The position numbers and the translations under genes are program-made. DNA of 64,000 nt from Nanobdellota archaeon (GTDB taxonomy: Archaea > Nanobdellota > Nanobdellia > Parvarchaeales > Parvarchaeaceae). The number at the start of each line of letters is the position of its first letter. Within the stretch, counting starts at the first letter, position 1. Shown piece after piece: positions 29,233-42,000 of the stretch. The stretch is from contig JAJZBD010000002.1 in assembly GCA_021799085.1 (NCBI GenBank), forward strand, positions 37,355-101,354, in the 5' to 3' direction. Below the pieces are notes generated by a model. That model searched no databases, had not been told where the DNA came from, and saw only the letters and a list, made by a program, of their open reading frames with translations.

Positions 29233-29987
29233 TCAATCTCTACAAAAACAGGAGCATGGTCAGAACCTTCTTGCTTTTCAAGTATACCTGCTGCTTTTAC
29301 CCTTTTTTGAAGTTCCTTCGATACAAAGAAATAATCTATCCTCCAACCTATATTGTTTTCCCTTGCGCTTTTGTAAAGGTAAGTCCACCAAGAGTAATTT
29401 CCACTTTTATTGTTGAATAGCCTGAAAGTATCTATGTATCCTTTCTCTATAAGTTCATCTACGAATTTCCTTTCCTTCAGAGTGAAACCTGCGCTTCCTT
29501 CGTTTTGTTTCGGCCTCGCTATGTCTAATTCAGTGTGTGCAACGTTGAAATCTCCCCCTATAACTATCGGTTTTTTCTTTCTCAGGTTTTCCATGAATCT
29601 AAGTATGCTTTTGTTGAATTCTATCTTGTAAGAAAGCCTGCTTAAATCCCTCCTTGAATTCGGGAAATAGCTGTTTATAACAAAGTAGTCCTTGAGTTCA
29701 AGGGTTAATGTCCTCCCTTCGTCATCATACTTTTCATCCCCAATGCCATAGATAACATTAATTGGCTTTTCCTTGCATAGTGCGATAACTCCACTATATC
29801 CTTTTTTTACCTTTGAAGGCATTATATATGAAGAGTAGCCGTCCATTTTTATTAATCCGTTTATCTCTTCGATTTTTGTTTCCTGCAATAAAATAACATC
29901 ATATTCACTAGAGTTTATTACCTTCTGGATTTCATTTTTTCTTGCCACGCTTCTTAGCCCGTTTACATTCCAGGAGAACATTTTCAT
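29229..29987 (-). CDS. xth: Exodeoxyribonuclease III family AP endonuclease
   Basis: MKMFSWNVNGLRS, DVILLQETK and the C-terminal SDHAPV motifs of Xth/APE1. Confidence 0.85.
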   Translation of the reverse strand: MKMFSWNVNGLRSVARKNEIQKVINSSEYDVILLQETKIEEINGLIKMDGYSSYIMPSKVKKGYSGVIALCKEKPINVIYGIGDEKYDDEGRTLTLELKDYFVINSYFPNSRRDLSRLSYKIEFNKSILRFMENLRKKKPIVIGGDFNVAHTELDIARPKQNEGSAGFTLKERKFVDELIEKGYIDTFRLFNNKSGNYSWWTYLYKSARENNIGWRIDYFFVSKELQKRVKAAGILEKQEGSDHAPVFVEID

Positions 29988-30050
29988 AGTCTTTTATATT
30001 ATACACTATATTTATATTGGTATTTCTATAGCTATAATATAAAGAATATT

Positions 30051-33000
30051 ATGAAATCTACTACACCAGCTCATAAGAAGGGATACAAAGTGCACTTCAC
30101 AACGTTTTTGGTTGTGATGACTATACTGTTTATAATATTGTTCTTTTTGAGCACACTTAATGGGTTTTTAGGCTTCAACATTGCAAAATTGCTTGGGTTA
30201 AAGCCAATAACAATAACCGCTCCTAAAAACATAAGTGTTACCCCCCCACCTACAAACATTACAAATAGTACTAAAACTATTCCAGTACCGAAATACACAA
30301 TTTTTTATGAGTCTGGGCTACCATTAGATACTCTTTGGTCTGTTTCATTGCCTTCTGGCACATTGTATTCAAATATAAATTATCTAAATTACTCCTCTTT
30401 TCTCAAAAGTTTTTCATTTAGCGTTAATCAAGTCTTCTTAAACGGCTGTATTTTCTCCCCCTCCCCCGGGTCTGGAAATGTTATTGCTGGAAATTCCGTT
30501 TATATTTCTTTTTCATCGGTATGTAATACTACTTTTGTGAGATATGGTTTACCTAACAAAGTAAATTGGACAGTTCTTTATGGCAATGTTTCTAAGGATG
30601 TGGACACAAATTCAACATCTTTTATTTCTTCCAACGGCAATTTTCCTTTTTCAATCTCAGATTCACACTACGCTGGTTGTCCTTATTACCCATATCCGCA
30701 GTCTGGATACCTTAATGCCGGTTCATCAAAATACATAATTTTTTTTACAACCTGCATTTCTAAATCAAATGCAGTCACATTTTTAGAGAGCGGTTTGCCC
30801 CAGGGGTATAACTGGACCGTAAAGTATGATAATACAACAAATAGCTCAAATTCTACTCGGATAGTTTTTACTCCTACAAATTCAGCCTCTTTGATTCCAC
30901 TATTTAACGTCTCAGTAATTGATAAGAATAACTGCATATTTACTCCAAATCCGAAAAATGGAAATGCTACGGGAGGCCAAACTGTTTTAATAACTTTTAC
31001 TTCATTGTGTAATACTTCGGTAAGTGAAAAGGGTCTGCCAGTGGGTACAAAATGGAATGTGACATTTGACAATAAAACCGTTTACTCGGTTTCTTATTCC
31101 TTAAGAATAAGTACCAACTATACGTTGAGCAATCTAAGCTTAAGGCCTGTAATATTAGGAAATTGCACGTTTAATCCAATTGCAAATTCTAGTAATCCGA
31201 TAGTTGCGGGTTCTTCTGTTCTTATAGAGTTCTCTGCAAGCTGCATAACTTCCTTTTTGGAGAAGAATCTTCCTGTGGGGTTGAACTGGACTGTAAAGTA
31301 TAACAATAAAACATTGCAGTCCACGTCAAGTGTAATAAGATTCAATACTACCAATGTGTTCTCGGGTTTCTCCATTCCAAATGCAACCGAAGGCGGGTGT
31401 GTATATTCCCCTACGCCATCACGCGGGAATTTAACGGCGGGATCCTCCATTACCATATCTTTCTCTCAGACATGTCATACTGTTTTTGTTTCAAAAGGGT
31501 TACCAGCAGGAGTATCCTGGTCAGTTGATTACGACAATCAGACAAGGGACGGTGCATTTAACTCTTCGATAGAATTCCCTTACTATAAAGGAAAAACATT
31601 CTATTATAACGTGTCAATAATAAAAGTTGGAAACTGTGTATTTACTCCCTATCCCAAAAATGGAACTATACTTGCGGGAGAACTTCAACTTATAGCATTT
31701 TCTGGGGAATGCACCACAACTTTTAGTGAAACAGGACTTCCGAATAATACGGAGTGGAATGCCACTTTTGATAATAAAACAAAATTATCAATATCAACCG
31801 GAATCTTTTTCTATACAGTAAATGGTTCTTATCCTTTTTCAATTCCTTCTCAACCGATAAGTAGGGGATGTTATTATGTCCCTTCTCCATCTTCCGGTAG
31901 TATAACGGCCGGTTCGAATGAAACCATAGGATTTACGGATGATTGTACAACGGATTTTATAGACCCTGGTTTGCCGTCTGGGGCAAATTGGACCGTTACA
32001 TTTGCAGGGTTAACAAAGCATTCTATAAATCAAAATGTGTCATTTCTTCTCCCCAGAGGTAAGTACTATTACCAAGTGCCACAGACAAGTTATAATGGCT
32101 GCAACTATGCACCCAATCAAAGTTCCGGATCTACAAGCGTTGGAGAGGATGTACATGTAACATTCAATCTTACAACCTGTGACACGGTTTTTTCAGAAGT
32201 TGGTTTACCAAAAGGAACTTCGTGGCAGGCAATATTTAATGGCACTGCCTCGGATTCTCAGACAAATTCAATCTCTTTTAGCAGCTTTCCAGGAAACTAC
32301 TCATTTTCAGTTGAAAAGATAACCCTAGGAACATGCGTATTTTCACCAAATGAATCTAGTGGATTTATAAATGCAGGTTCTTCCCCGGTCATAGGCTTCA
32401 GCAGTTTATGCTATACAGATTTTTATGAAAAGGATTTACCAGCAAACAGTCTGTGGAGTGTTAATTACAACGGTAAGCCTAACTCTTCAATAGGCGACTT
32501 AATTGCTATAAAGACTAGTTATGGTACTTTTCCTTATTCAATAAGTAATGTTAGCGCAGGTGGCTCATGTTACTTTATACCCCAACCAGTTGCTGGAAAT
32601 GACACAGCTGGGACAGAGGTCACTGTAAATTATATTGAGAAATGTCTGTCAAACTTTCACGAAACTGGTTTATACAGCAATGTACACTGGTCTGTAACTT
32701 ATGATGGGGATACCGTTTCAACTTACGGAGATAACCTGTCCATACTGAATTTACCCGGAAATTATTCATATGATGTACCAACTGCCTTTGGAAGGGGCTG
32801 CACTTTTACATCTCTTAACTCCAGCGGTAATCTTGTATCGGGCAAAAATGCTAGCGTTTATTTCTCCCCAAGTTCATGCATTTCTAATATTACTGAAACT
32901 GGCCTGCCGAAAAATGTAAATTGGGGCGTTTCTATAGATAATGTAACTAATTACTCTACAGAAAAATCAATTTTAGTTACAACAAATCCTGGGAATTACT

Positions 33001-36000
33001 CTGTGTATATTCATTCTGTAAAGATAAATGGTTGTGTTTTCTCCGCAAGTTATAATAATCTAATGATGGCAGGTTCTACCATTATAGTTCATTTTAGTGC
33101 CGCATGTCAAACCATTTTTACTGAAACAGGTTTACCCAATGGTACAGAATGGAAAGTTAATGATTCTTTTCCTTCTTATTTTGATTATAATTTACCAATA
33201 CCTGGAGAGGTATACTCTTATACATTGTACTCTTCAACAACAAATAGGATAATAGTTAATTCTTCAAACTCATCAGCTAATCCGTATAAAGTAGAAAGCA
33301 TTCCTATAAATAAGTTTTGTGCATATGATCCGCAACCGTCATCGGGATCAATAACTCCTGGCGACAATCTCTCTATACTGTTTAAGAATGATTGCATAAC
33401 TAGCTTCAAGGAAATGGGTCTTCCAAGTGGGACTACCTGGTATGTATCCTTCAATAATATAAATGCTTCCTCCAATTCCAGTCAAATTTCATTTTTAACA
33501 AATGCGGGAGCATACAACTTTAAAGTATTCACAGCAGAAAATCACGGTTGTTTCTACACTTCAAATGTAACCCAAGGTACACTTAATTCCTCATCTGTTT
33601 TGAACATAAAATTTACAGGTAAGTTCTGTCTTACTATTTTTAACGAGACTGGCTTACCAAGTAATACAAAATGGAATGTAACTTTTAACAGTACATTAAA
33701 AGCATCCAATACATCAAAAATAACATTTAATGGTTCTTTCTCAAATACCTCCTATAATTATTATATACAGCCAAAAAGCATTTCAGCCCAGGGCTGTTAT
33801 ATAAATTTGACTTCACCAAGCGGAACTGTTAAAGTGGGCTCATATGTGAATGTTACATATCTAAACCGTTGCAAAACCACTTTTAATGAGACGGGCCTAC
33901 CGAATAGCACAAAGTGGAGCGTGGTTTTTGACGGGATATCAGGAAGTTCTTCAAATATTTCAGTAGTCATATACGCTCTGCCTGGAAATCATTCATATGA
34001 ACCTTCAATTATAAACATAGGGGGAGGGTGTTTTTATTATCCAAAACCAAATTCTTCATACTTAATATCTGGAGAATCTGCCACTATCTCATACACGAAA
34101 GAATGTTTGTCCACATTTTCTCAAAACGGTTTGCCTTCTGGTGCTTCATGGTCCGTTGAGTATGATAATTTTGTCAACTCTTCTAGGTTATCAGATATAA
34201 ATTTTGTTACCGCACCCGGCAATTTCTCGTTTTCTTTGAATACAGTTGATTATGCCTATTGCTCCTTTTTGCCTTCTCCGGCTTCTGGTTATCTTGTCGC
34301 AGGCGGAAATGTAAGTATATCCTTTATTGAAAATACCTGTAATACTACCTTCATAGAAACCGGCTTACCTTTTAATACGCAGTGGAAACTTACGTTTGAT
34401 GGAATAACAGAGACTCCTTCTAACAATAATGTTACAATAACTACACCCGCAGGAATTTTTACAGCTAAGTTCTATCCAATAAATTTGTCTAACTGTATAT
34501 TTTCTCCGCAGCCGCTGTCTAGCAGCACTGCGGCTGGAGGCCATTTTACCGTTCATTTTGCAGCATCTTGTACTACTACTTTTAATGAGACGGGCCTGCC
34601 GAATAATACTTACTGGTTTGTTACATATAACGGTACTACAGTTTCATCAAATAGCACTATTATAAGAGTAACTTCAATAAATGGCACTTATGCGTATAGC
34701 TTGCCGTTTATAGGCAATTCCAGTTGCTCATACCGGCCGAATCCCTCCTCTGGAAATGCAATAGCTGGTTCAAAAATAGGCATAGATTACAGCGGAGGGT
34801 GCACAACAGTATTCTATGAAAATGGGCTGCCTCCCGGCAGTGAATGGAATTTAACATATGATAATAAGAGCATAAACTCTACAAGTACCAGTATCCAGTT
34901 TGTAACCCCCCCAGGCAGTTTTAAGTACACTGTCGAAAACTTAACTTTAAATAACTGCTTATATGTTGCAAAGAATGGCTCTTCAGAACTTGCTGCAGGG
35001 TCCACATTTTATCTGGTATTTAATCAGACAAGGTGCTACACTACATTTACGGAAAGCAATCTTCCTTCAAATACAAAATGGACATTAACTTATGATGATG
35101 TAAATTATAGCTCGAATAAAACTTCATTAGCGCTGTCAACTATTCCAGGTACTTTCAATTTTACTGGGTATAGTGTAACAGAAGATGGGTGTATATTTAC
35201 TCCAAATCCAAGTAGCGGTCATATTGCTGCAGGCTCTTCTTTACTTCTTTCTTTTTCCTCTTCCTGTGTAACTTCCTTTAATGAAACCGGCCTTTCTAAG
35301 GGGATAACTTGGAGTGTTGAGTTTGACGGCATAACCAATTACTCTTCTAATACTTCTCTGTACATAGACTCAATTTATGGTAATTTCTCATTTTCAGTCC
35401 CTAGGATACAAGTATCAGCGAATTGTTACCTTACTCCTGATCCAAGCAAAGGTTACCTAATTGCAGGCTCAAGCACCGTTATTAACTTTTCCAATTATTG
35501 TTATTCCGAGTTTATAGAAACGGGATTACCTTCGGGCATTAGTTGGTCCGTAAAATACAATAATTTAACTAATTCATCTTCTTTATCAGATATAAGTTTC
35601 AATGTTGTCAGTGGGAATTATTCATTTTCCATACCATCGGTTGATTATCATAATTGTTATTTCGTTTCCAATGAATCAAGTGGATATGCAAAGGCAGGGG
35701 TTTATACCTATTTAAAGTTTACAGAAAATTATTGCATTTCTAATTTCACAGAATCCGGCTTGCCGAGTAATACAAAATGGAATGTAACATTTTCAAATAA
35801 GTCTAATGCATCTACTAAACGGTACATTTCTTTAAACACCACTAAAGGTCTGTACAATTTTACAGTGCATCCGGTAAATATAGGAGGTTGTAAATACATC
35901 TCTACTCCCGCAATCGGAAGTGTGGCCGCAGGTTCAGAGATAAATGTAAGTTTTTCGGTTTCATTTTGCATAACTACTTTTGATGAAACCGGCTTACCAT

Positions 36001-39000
36001 TAAGAGATAATTGGTCAGTTACATATGATAGTATAAGAAATTCTTCCGTTTCTAGCAATATAACCTTCAATATTTCTACTTTGTCTTCTTTTGCGTTTTC
36101 TGTAGAGGCAGAAAACCAATCTCAGTGTGATTTTAGTCCTGTTCCATCCTCAGGTAGCGTTACTTCCGGCTCTACAGAAGTGATAAATTTCAATAGCGTC
36201 TGTCATACCTACTTTAAAGAGAATGGGCTACCTTCAAGTTATACTTGGATAGTGAATTTAAACGGGAAAAATGATTCTTCTAAATCAAATATTATAGAAT
36301 TTACAACTTCCTATAATGATAATTACACCTTCAATATTTATCCATCCGTAGATTATAACTCGGGGTTCTTGTCAAATATTTCCAAAGGTTACATTGCTAC
36401 TGGGTCAAATATTACAGTTGCATTTTCAAATGATACAGCTGCTTATAAGAAACCGGTAATAATGCCTGTGTCCTTTTATAATAATCAGACAGAATCCACT
36501 CCTCAACCCTCTCAACAGATGCTTATTTTCAATTCCTCAAAATATTCTAAATATGAAAACTCCAAATTAACAAATATAATGTTTGCATATCAGAATGGAA
36601 CAGCTATTCCTTCTTGGTTAGAATCCGGCAATTCAAATACGTCAAATGACACTGTATACTGGCTAAAAATTAAAAGCATCCCAGCGGAAAGTGGTATAAC
36701 TATCAACATGGTATTCAATCAAACCTTCCTTTCTTATTCTAATAATTTTTACACCGGTACAGCAGGAGAGGCTCCACAGCTTTCCTCAACATACGGTGAG
36801 TACAACAATATAGCCAATGTGATGAATTCAGGTTTATTGTACCAGTTTTACCAGTTAAATGGAGGAGGTATACAGTCACAGGCAAGTGTTTACCAAGCAC
36901 AGTTAACACCAAATTCGGTTTTCTCCTATGGTAGTTTGACAGCGACAGCAGGATCAACATTGTATTTATCTGCATTAACAGGCAGTTCTCAGGATGTTGA
37001 TGGAACAACAGAGCCAAACGTGATAATTAATTATCAGTACAGTTATTCCGGAGGGAGTGCATTTCCAAATCCGCCTATAACCAATCCGCAGTATGTAATA
37101 ATGAAGGCAATAGGCTTTGCAGTAGTCAACTCCCCAACAACAATATATGGATTAAGTGATGATGGCATGGGAATTGGTTATTCTAATTCCGGCGGGGCAT
37201 TAATTCCTTGGCTTGGAGGGTCTTCTACTTCAAACAATCCAAATAACGTAATCAATTCTTGGGTATCGGAATCTGCTACTCAACATAGCGGCACTATAAC
37301 TACAGACGGCAGTTACAGGCTAGAAATAGACTATACAAATCAAGGAGGACCAGGGGAGGATGCGGTCTGGTCAAATAATTCAATAGATTACTATTCTCCC
37401 TCACAGCCTCCAAATGGTGTAATGCCATACAGTATTTCAAATGCAACATTTATAACTACCTATTTCAAGGAAACGGGATTACCTTTAGATTATAATTGGA
37501 ATGTAAACTATGATACTATATCTAAATCTTCATCAATGTCCGAGATAAACTTTACTACTGAAAGAGGAAATTACTCTTATTCCGTGCCAGTTCTTCGTAA
37601 TTCTTCTTCAAGTTTGGATTGTACTACAGCTTATACTCCAAAGCCTAGCTCTGGCTATTTAATAGCAGGAGAGAATATTACTATTTCATATTCTAACAGC
37701 ACTTATTGTATAACTAAGTTCTATGAAAACGGTTTGCCTGCAAATTCAATATTTTATGTAAATTACGATGGGATAAACAAAAGTATTTCTTTATTTGGGG
37801 ATGGACTTTTGTTATCTATCCAGAATACCCAGTCTGTTCCTACTCCAGCGCCATTCCAGCAGATGGTAAACTTTTCGTATTCAGGCTACAAGCAGTACAT
37901 AAATCTAAGCAGCGGTCACCAGTTCCAGAACGTAGAGTTCATAAACACTACAACTGGAAAGGTAATAGACAGTTGGCTTGAAAGCTACACTTCCAGCTAT
38001 GCCATCTTCTGGATAAAGTTGCCAAATGGAATACCTGCAGACACTACTATAAAGGATGTAGCTATGCTGTTTGTGAATAATGACACTAATTTATTTAACA
38101 CTAATACCACTGGCGAGGCTCCTCAGCTTTCTCCAACGTATGCAGAATACGACAATGGTGCAAACGTATTTATAAAATACTGGAATTTTAAGGGGAGTTC
38201 GGCGCCAGCAGGATTTGCTACATCTGTAGATAATGGTGGCAGTGTTTCTTACAATAATGGGTTATACTTAACTCTTCCTAACAATAACAATGGTGCAACT
38301 GCAGCAAGTGTTTATGTTCAAACAGATCTAAGTAATCCTTTCTTCGCCTTTACTGGTACTGGAGCGGGAGCTTATGCATATAGAACTAATATAGGAATAT
38401 CTGAAAGCAGCAGTAACTCAATAGAAGGTACTTGTGCGATAATGTATTATCCTTCATATTCATATATACCTGGGGGAGAATGCATATCTAATGGTTTATA
38501 CTCAATAACCAGTTCAGGTTATTCACAAATTAATAGTTTGTCTTATTCTTCTGGTCCATTAATAGGTGTTGGTTTCAATTCAAATACGGTACTTCTAGTT
38601 AATAATGGATTTAATTTGTATACTGATAGTTCAATCCCTTTTAGTTCTACTAATTATGTGTGGTTAGGAACCTCCGCATATTATTCAAAAACGTCAGGTT
38701 CGAATGTTCTTAATTATTTAGCATTATCAGCTTATCCTCCAAACGGGATTATGCCAAGTGTAACGTCTGTTCTTAAGACATCTGGGATTAATACTTCTAA
38801 TGGCATATTCTTAGCTAAGCCCTCCTCCAATGTTGACTGTTCAAATAGTGATATTAATCTTACGGCAGGCAGTACATACACTTTCACAAATTGGAATTGT
38901 ACTACTGAATTCAATGCAACGAATATTAATCAAAATGTTACGTTCTCTTTAGATTATAATGGTTTGAATAAGTCCGGCACTACTGGAAAACCCATAAATA

Positions 39001-42000
39001 TAAATTTCCTATCCTCGGGTAATGGCAATTATCTTTATAACGCAAAGATAAGCAATCAATGCAGTGCAAGCGGTTATGCATATGTGGGGGAGAGTTCAAA
39101 CATAAGTAATTGGAACTGCTCTTATCTATTTTATGAGAAAAATTTACCTACAGGAACGAAGTGGTATGTCAGTTTTAACGGGTTTAACGAAAGTTCTACT
39201 AATAATAAGATAGCGTTCTTTGATTCTCCAGGTAATTATTCTTATAAAATAAATGAAATACCTATAAAAGCAAACAACGGTTTGTCCTGTGTAAATACCT
39301 TTTATCCCTCCCCTTCTTCAGGGTATATATCTACTTTGAAAAATAATATAACTATAACCTTTTCAAACAATACGCAATGTACTACTTCCTTTTTACAATT
39401 TGGATTACCTAATAATAATTGGAAAGTATTTTATAATAATAATGGATATAACTACACTTCAAAGTATTCTCTGATAAATATAAGCATTGACAACGCTCAA
39501 TCTACCTCAACTCCAGCGCCATTCCAGCAGATGGTAAACTTTTCGTATTCAGGCTACAAGCAGTACATAAATCTAAGCAGCGGTCACCAGTTCCAGAACG
39601 TAGAGTTCATAAACACTACAACTGGAAAGGTAATAGACAGTTGGCTTGAAAGCTACACTTCCAGCTATGCCATCTTCTGGATAAAGTTGCCAAATGGAAT
39701 ACCTGCAGACACTACTATAAAGGATGTAGCTATGCTGTTTGTGAATAATGACACTAATTTATTTAACACTAATACCACTGGCGAGGCTCCTCAGCTTTCT
39801 CCAACTTATGCGGAGTATGATGATGGTGCAAATGTGTTTAATTATTATGAGAACTTCGCAGGTTCAGGATTGCCAGCGGGCTGGCAGGAGCTTACCTCCT
39901 CTGGAGATACATACACTTGGGACAATGGAATCACTTTTACAAATAATGGCCATAGTGATTATGTTTCGATAGGAACAACGTCTGCTGTCGCTTCTGCAGG
40001 TATTTTAGAATTAGGGGTGGCAAGTGGCTCCAATGCTAGGCCGACAATAGAATTAGCAACTACAGATATCCAAATAGAGGGTGGTCAACCAATATATGAA
40101 TACAAAGAGGGTTATGGTCAATCCTATGGTATGTATTCAGGCGATATGCAACTAGAAACATTGACTACTTCATCTACGTCTACAGACAATGCTAAGACAG
40201 CTTATAATGCTCCACTAATTGAAGGAATTAGCTGGACAACAACAGGTTCAGAACTCCTGGAGATAATACCAAACTATGTTTATAATGACGCGGAGATAGC
40301 ATCCGAAGCAAGTACTTCTGTGTCATTGTCCACCCCTTTATATGTTATGTTGGGCCAAGCTGCGTCTGGTTCTAGTTCAGATACTGGGGGCTTCACAGCA
40401 AATTGGCTTCGCGTTCGTGCCTATCCTCCAAACGGAGTAATGCCAACCGTAAAAATAAATAAGTCAACAGTAACTGACTTGAATTTTAATTTTCTAACCT
40501 CCCCAGGAAGCTTTACAGCGAATGCCAATACTTCTTTAGATTGCAGACCAGAAGAGGATACAGTAAAAGCAGGGACGACTTACTTCTTTTCAAATTGGAA
40601 TTGTACTACTACATTTAATGAAAGCGCATTGCCAAAAGGTAATACTTGGTGGGTTGATTACGATGGAGTAAACGATAGTAATAAAACTGGAAATGTTATA
40701 AGAGTAAACTTTAACTCTTCCAATTTTGGAATTTATACTTATTCCGTAGGTTCAAATATAAGTTGTTATTCTAAAGGCGTTGGAGATTTAGGGACATATA
40801 ATAATATCTCAAATTGGTTATGTAATAAGCGATTTACAGAGGAAGGGCTTCCAAGTGGAACTAACTGGAGTGTTGACTATGATAATAAGTTAAGCTATTC
40901 GACTTCCGGTGTAATATCTTTTTCCAATAATTTTGGAAATTACAGTTATAACATAAGCAATTTAACTTTATCTAATGGAATTTATGTGCCAAATTCCTCT
41001 TCAGGGCATACAATCTCATTTGGTAACTTAATTATAAATTTCTCAAAACACGGCCTAGTTACTCCTCAAAGTATTTACAAATACGCAGTGTTGAATATCA
41101 CCAACTCTCAAACTTCTGCTACTAAGCAGCCATTCCAACAGATGATTAATTTAACGATAAACTCATTAAACAGCAAATACATAAACCAGACTGGCAAATA
41201 TTCCTTCCAAAACGTTGAGTTCTTTAACACTACAACTGGCAAGGTAATAGATTCATGGCTTGAGAACTACACTTCAAAGTACGCCATATTCTGGATCAAA
41301 TTACCAAACGGCATACCTGCAAATACCACTATACAAGACGTGGCAATAGGCTTTGCATCAAATGATACAAATCTGTTCAATATCAATAGTACTGGCGAAG
41401 CACCTCAGCTATCCGATACTTATGCAGAATACGATGATGGTGTTAATATATTTAATTTTTACGATAATTTTGCGGGAACTAGTTTAAATACTACAAAGTG
41501 GAGTAGCTTTGGTAGTTCAGGAACAAGTGGTTCTACCTCAGACATTATAGTGAGTAATAAATTAACTTTAACAGGCGGCGGAACAGGGGGGCTTTCTCAT
41601 CAAACTTGGATTAAAACCTCTTTAAGTTCTGGAAGTTTTGATGGGTCTGTAGTTGCAGATGTTTATGAAAATAGCCCCTCAACTGATACAACGTTTAGAT
41701 GGGGATTTACAAATTCAAATCCAACTTACTTTGGAGGTTCATCTACACAATCTTTTGGCGAACAGATATATGATAATGGAAATTGGTATGCAAATACAGA
41801 TGCTGGCTCATCAGGAACGCAAAATGAAATAGGTTCTTGGAGTTCTTTAGCAAACACTTCCGTTATATGGAGTATAGCTGCTACGGACACGCAAATTTTA
41901 TTTTATAATCCAAATACCTATTCAACATTAGGAAGTTCAGGACAAACCATAACAACTACTATTCCAGCATATTCCTCATCAATTGGTTTATCTTTAACTA

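Noticed and set aside
30071-39972. Numerous 60-130-aa ORFs on the minus strand or alternative frames inside the giant gene. Track ORFs: 30071-30298, 30686-31072, 31118-31456, 33218-33475, 34365-34556, 34814-35005, 35729-36070, 36739-37017, 38732-38914, 39748-39972.
   Set aside because: They lie entirely within a long, strongly repeat-structured coding frame. They are shadow ORFs expected from the biased codon structure, with no start context or motifs.
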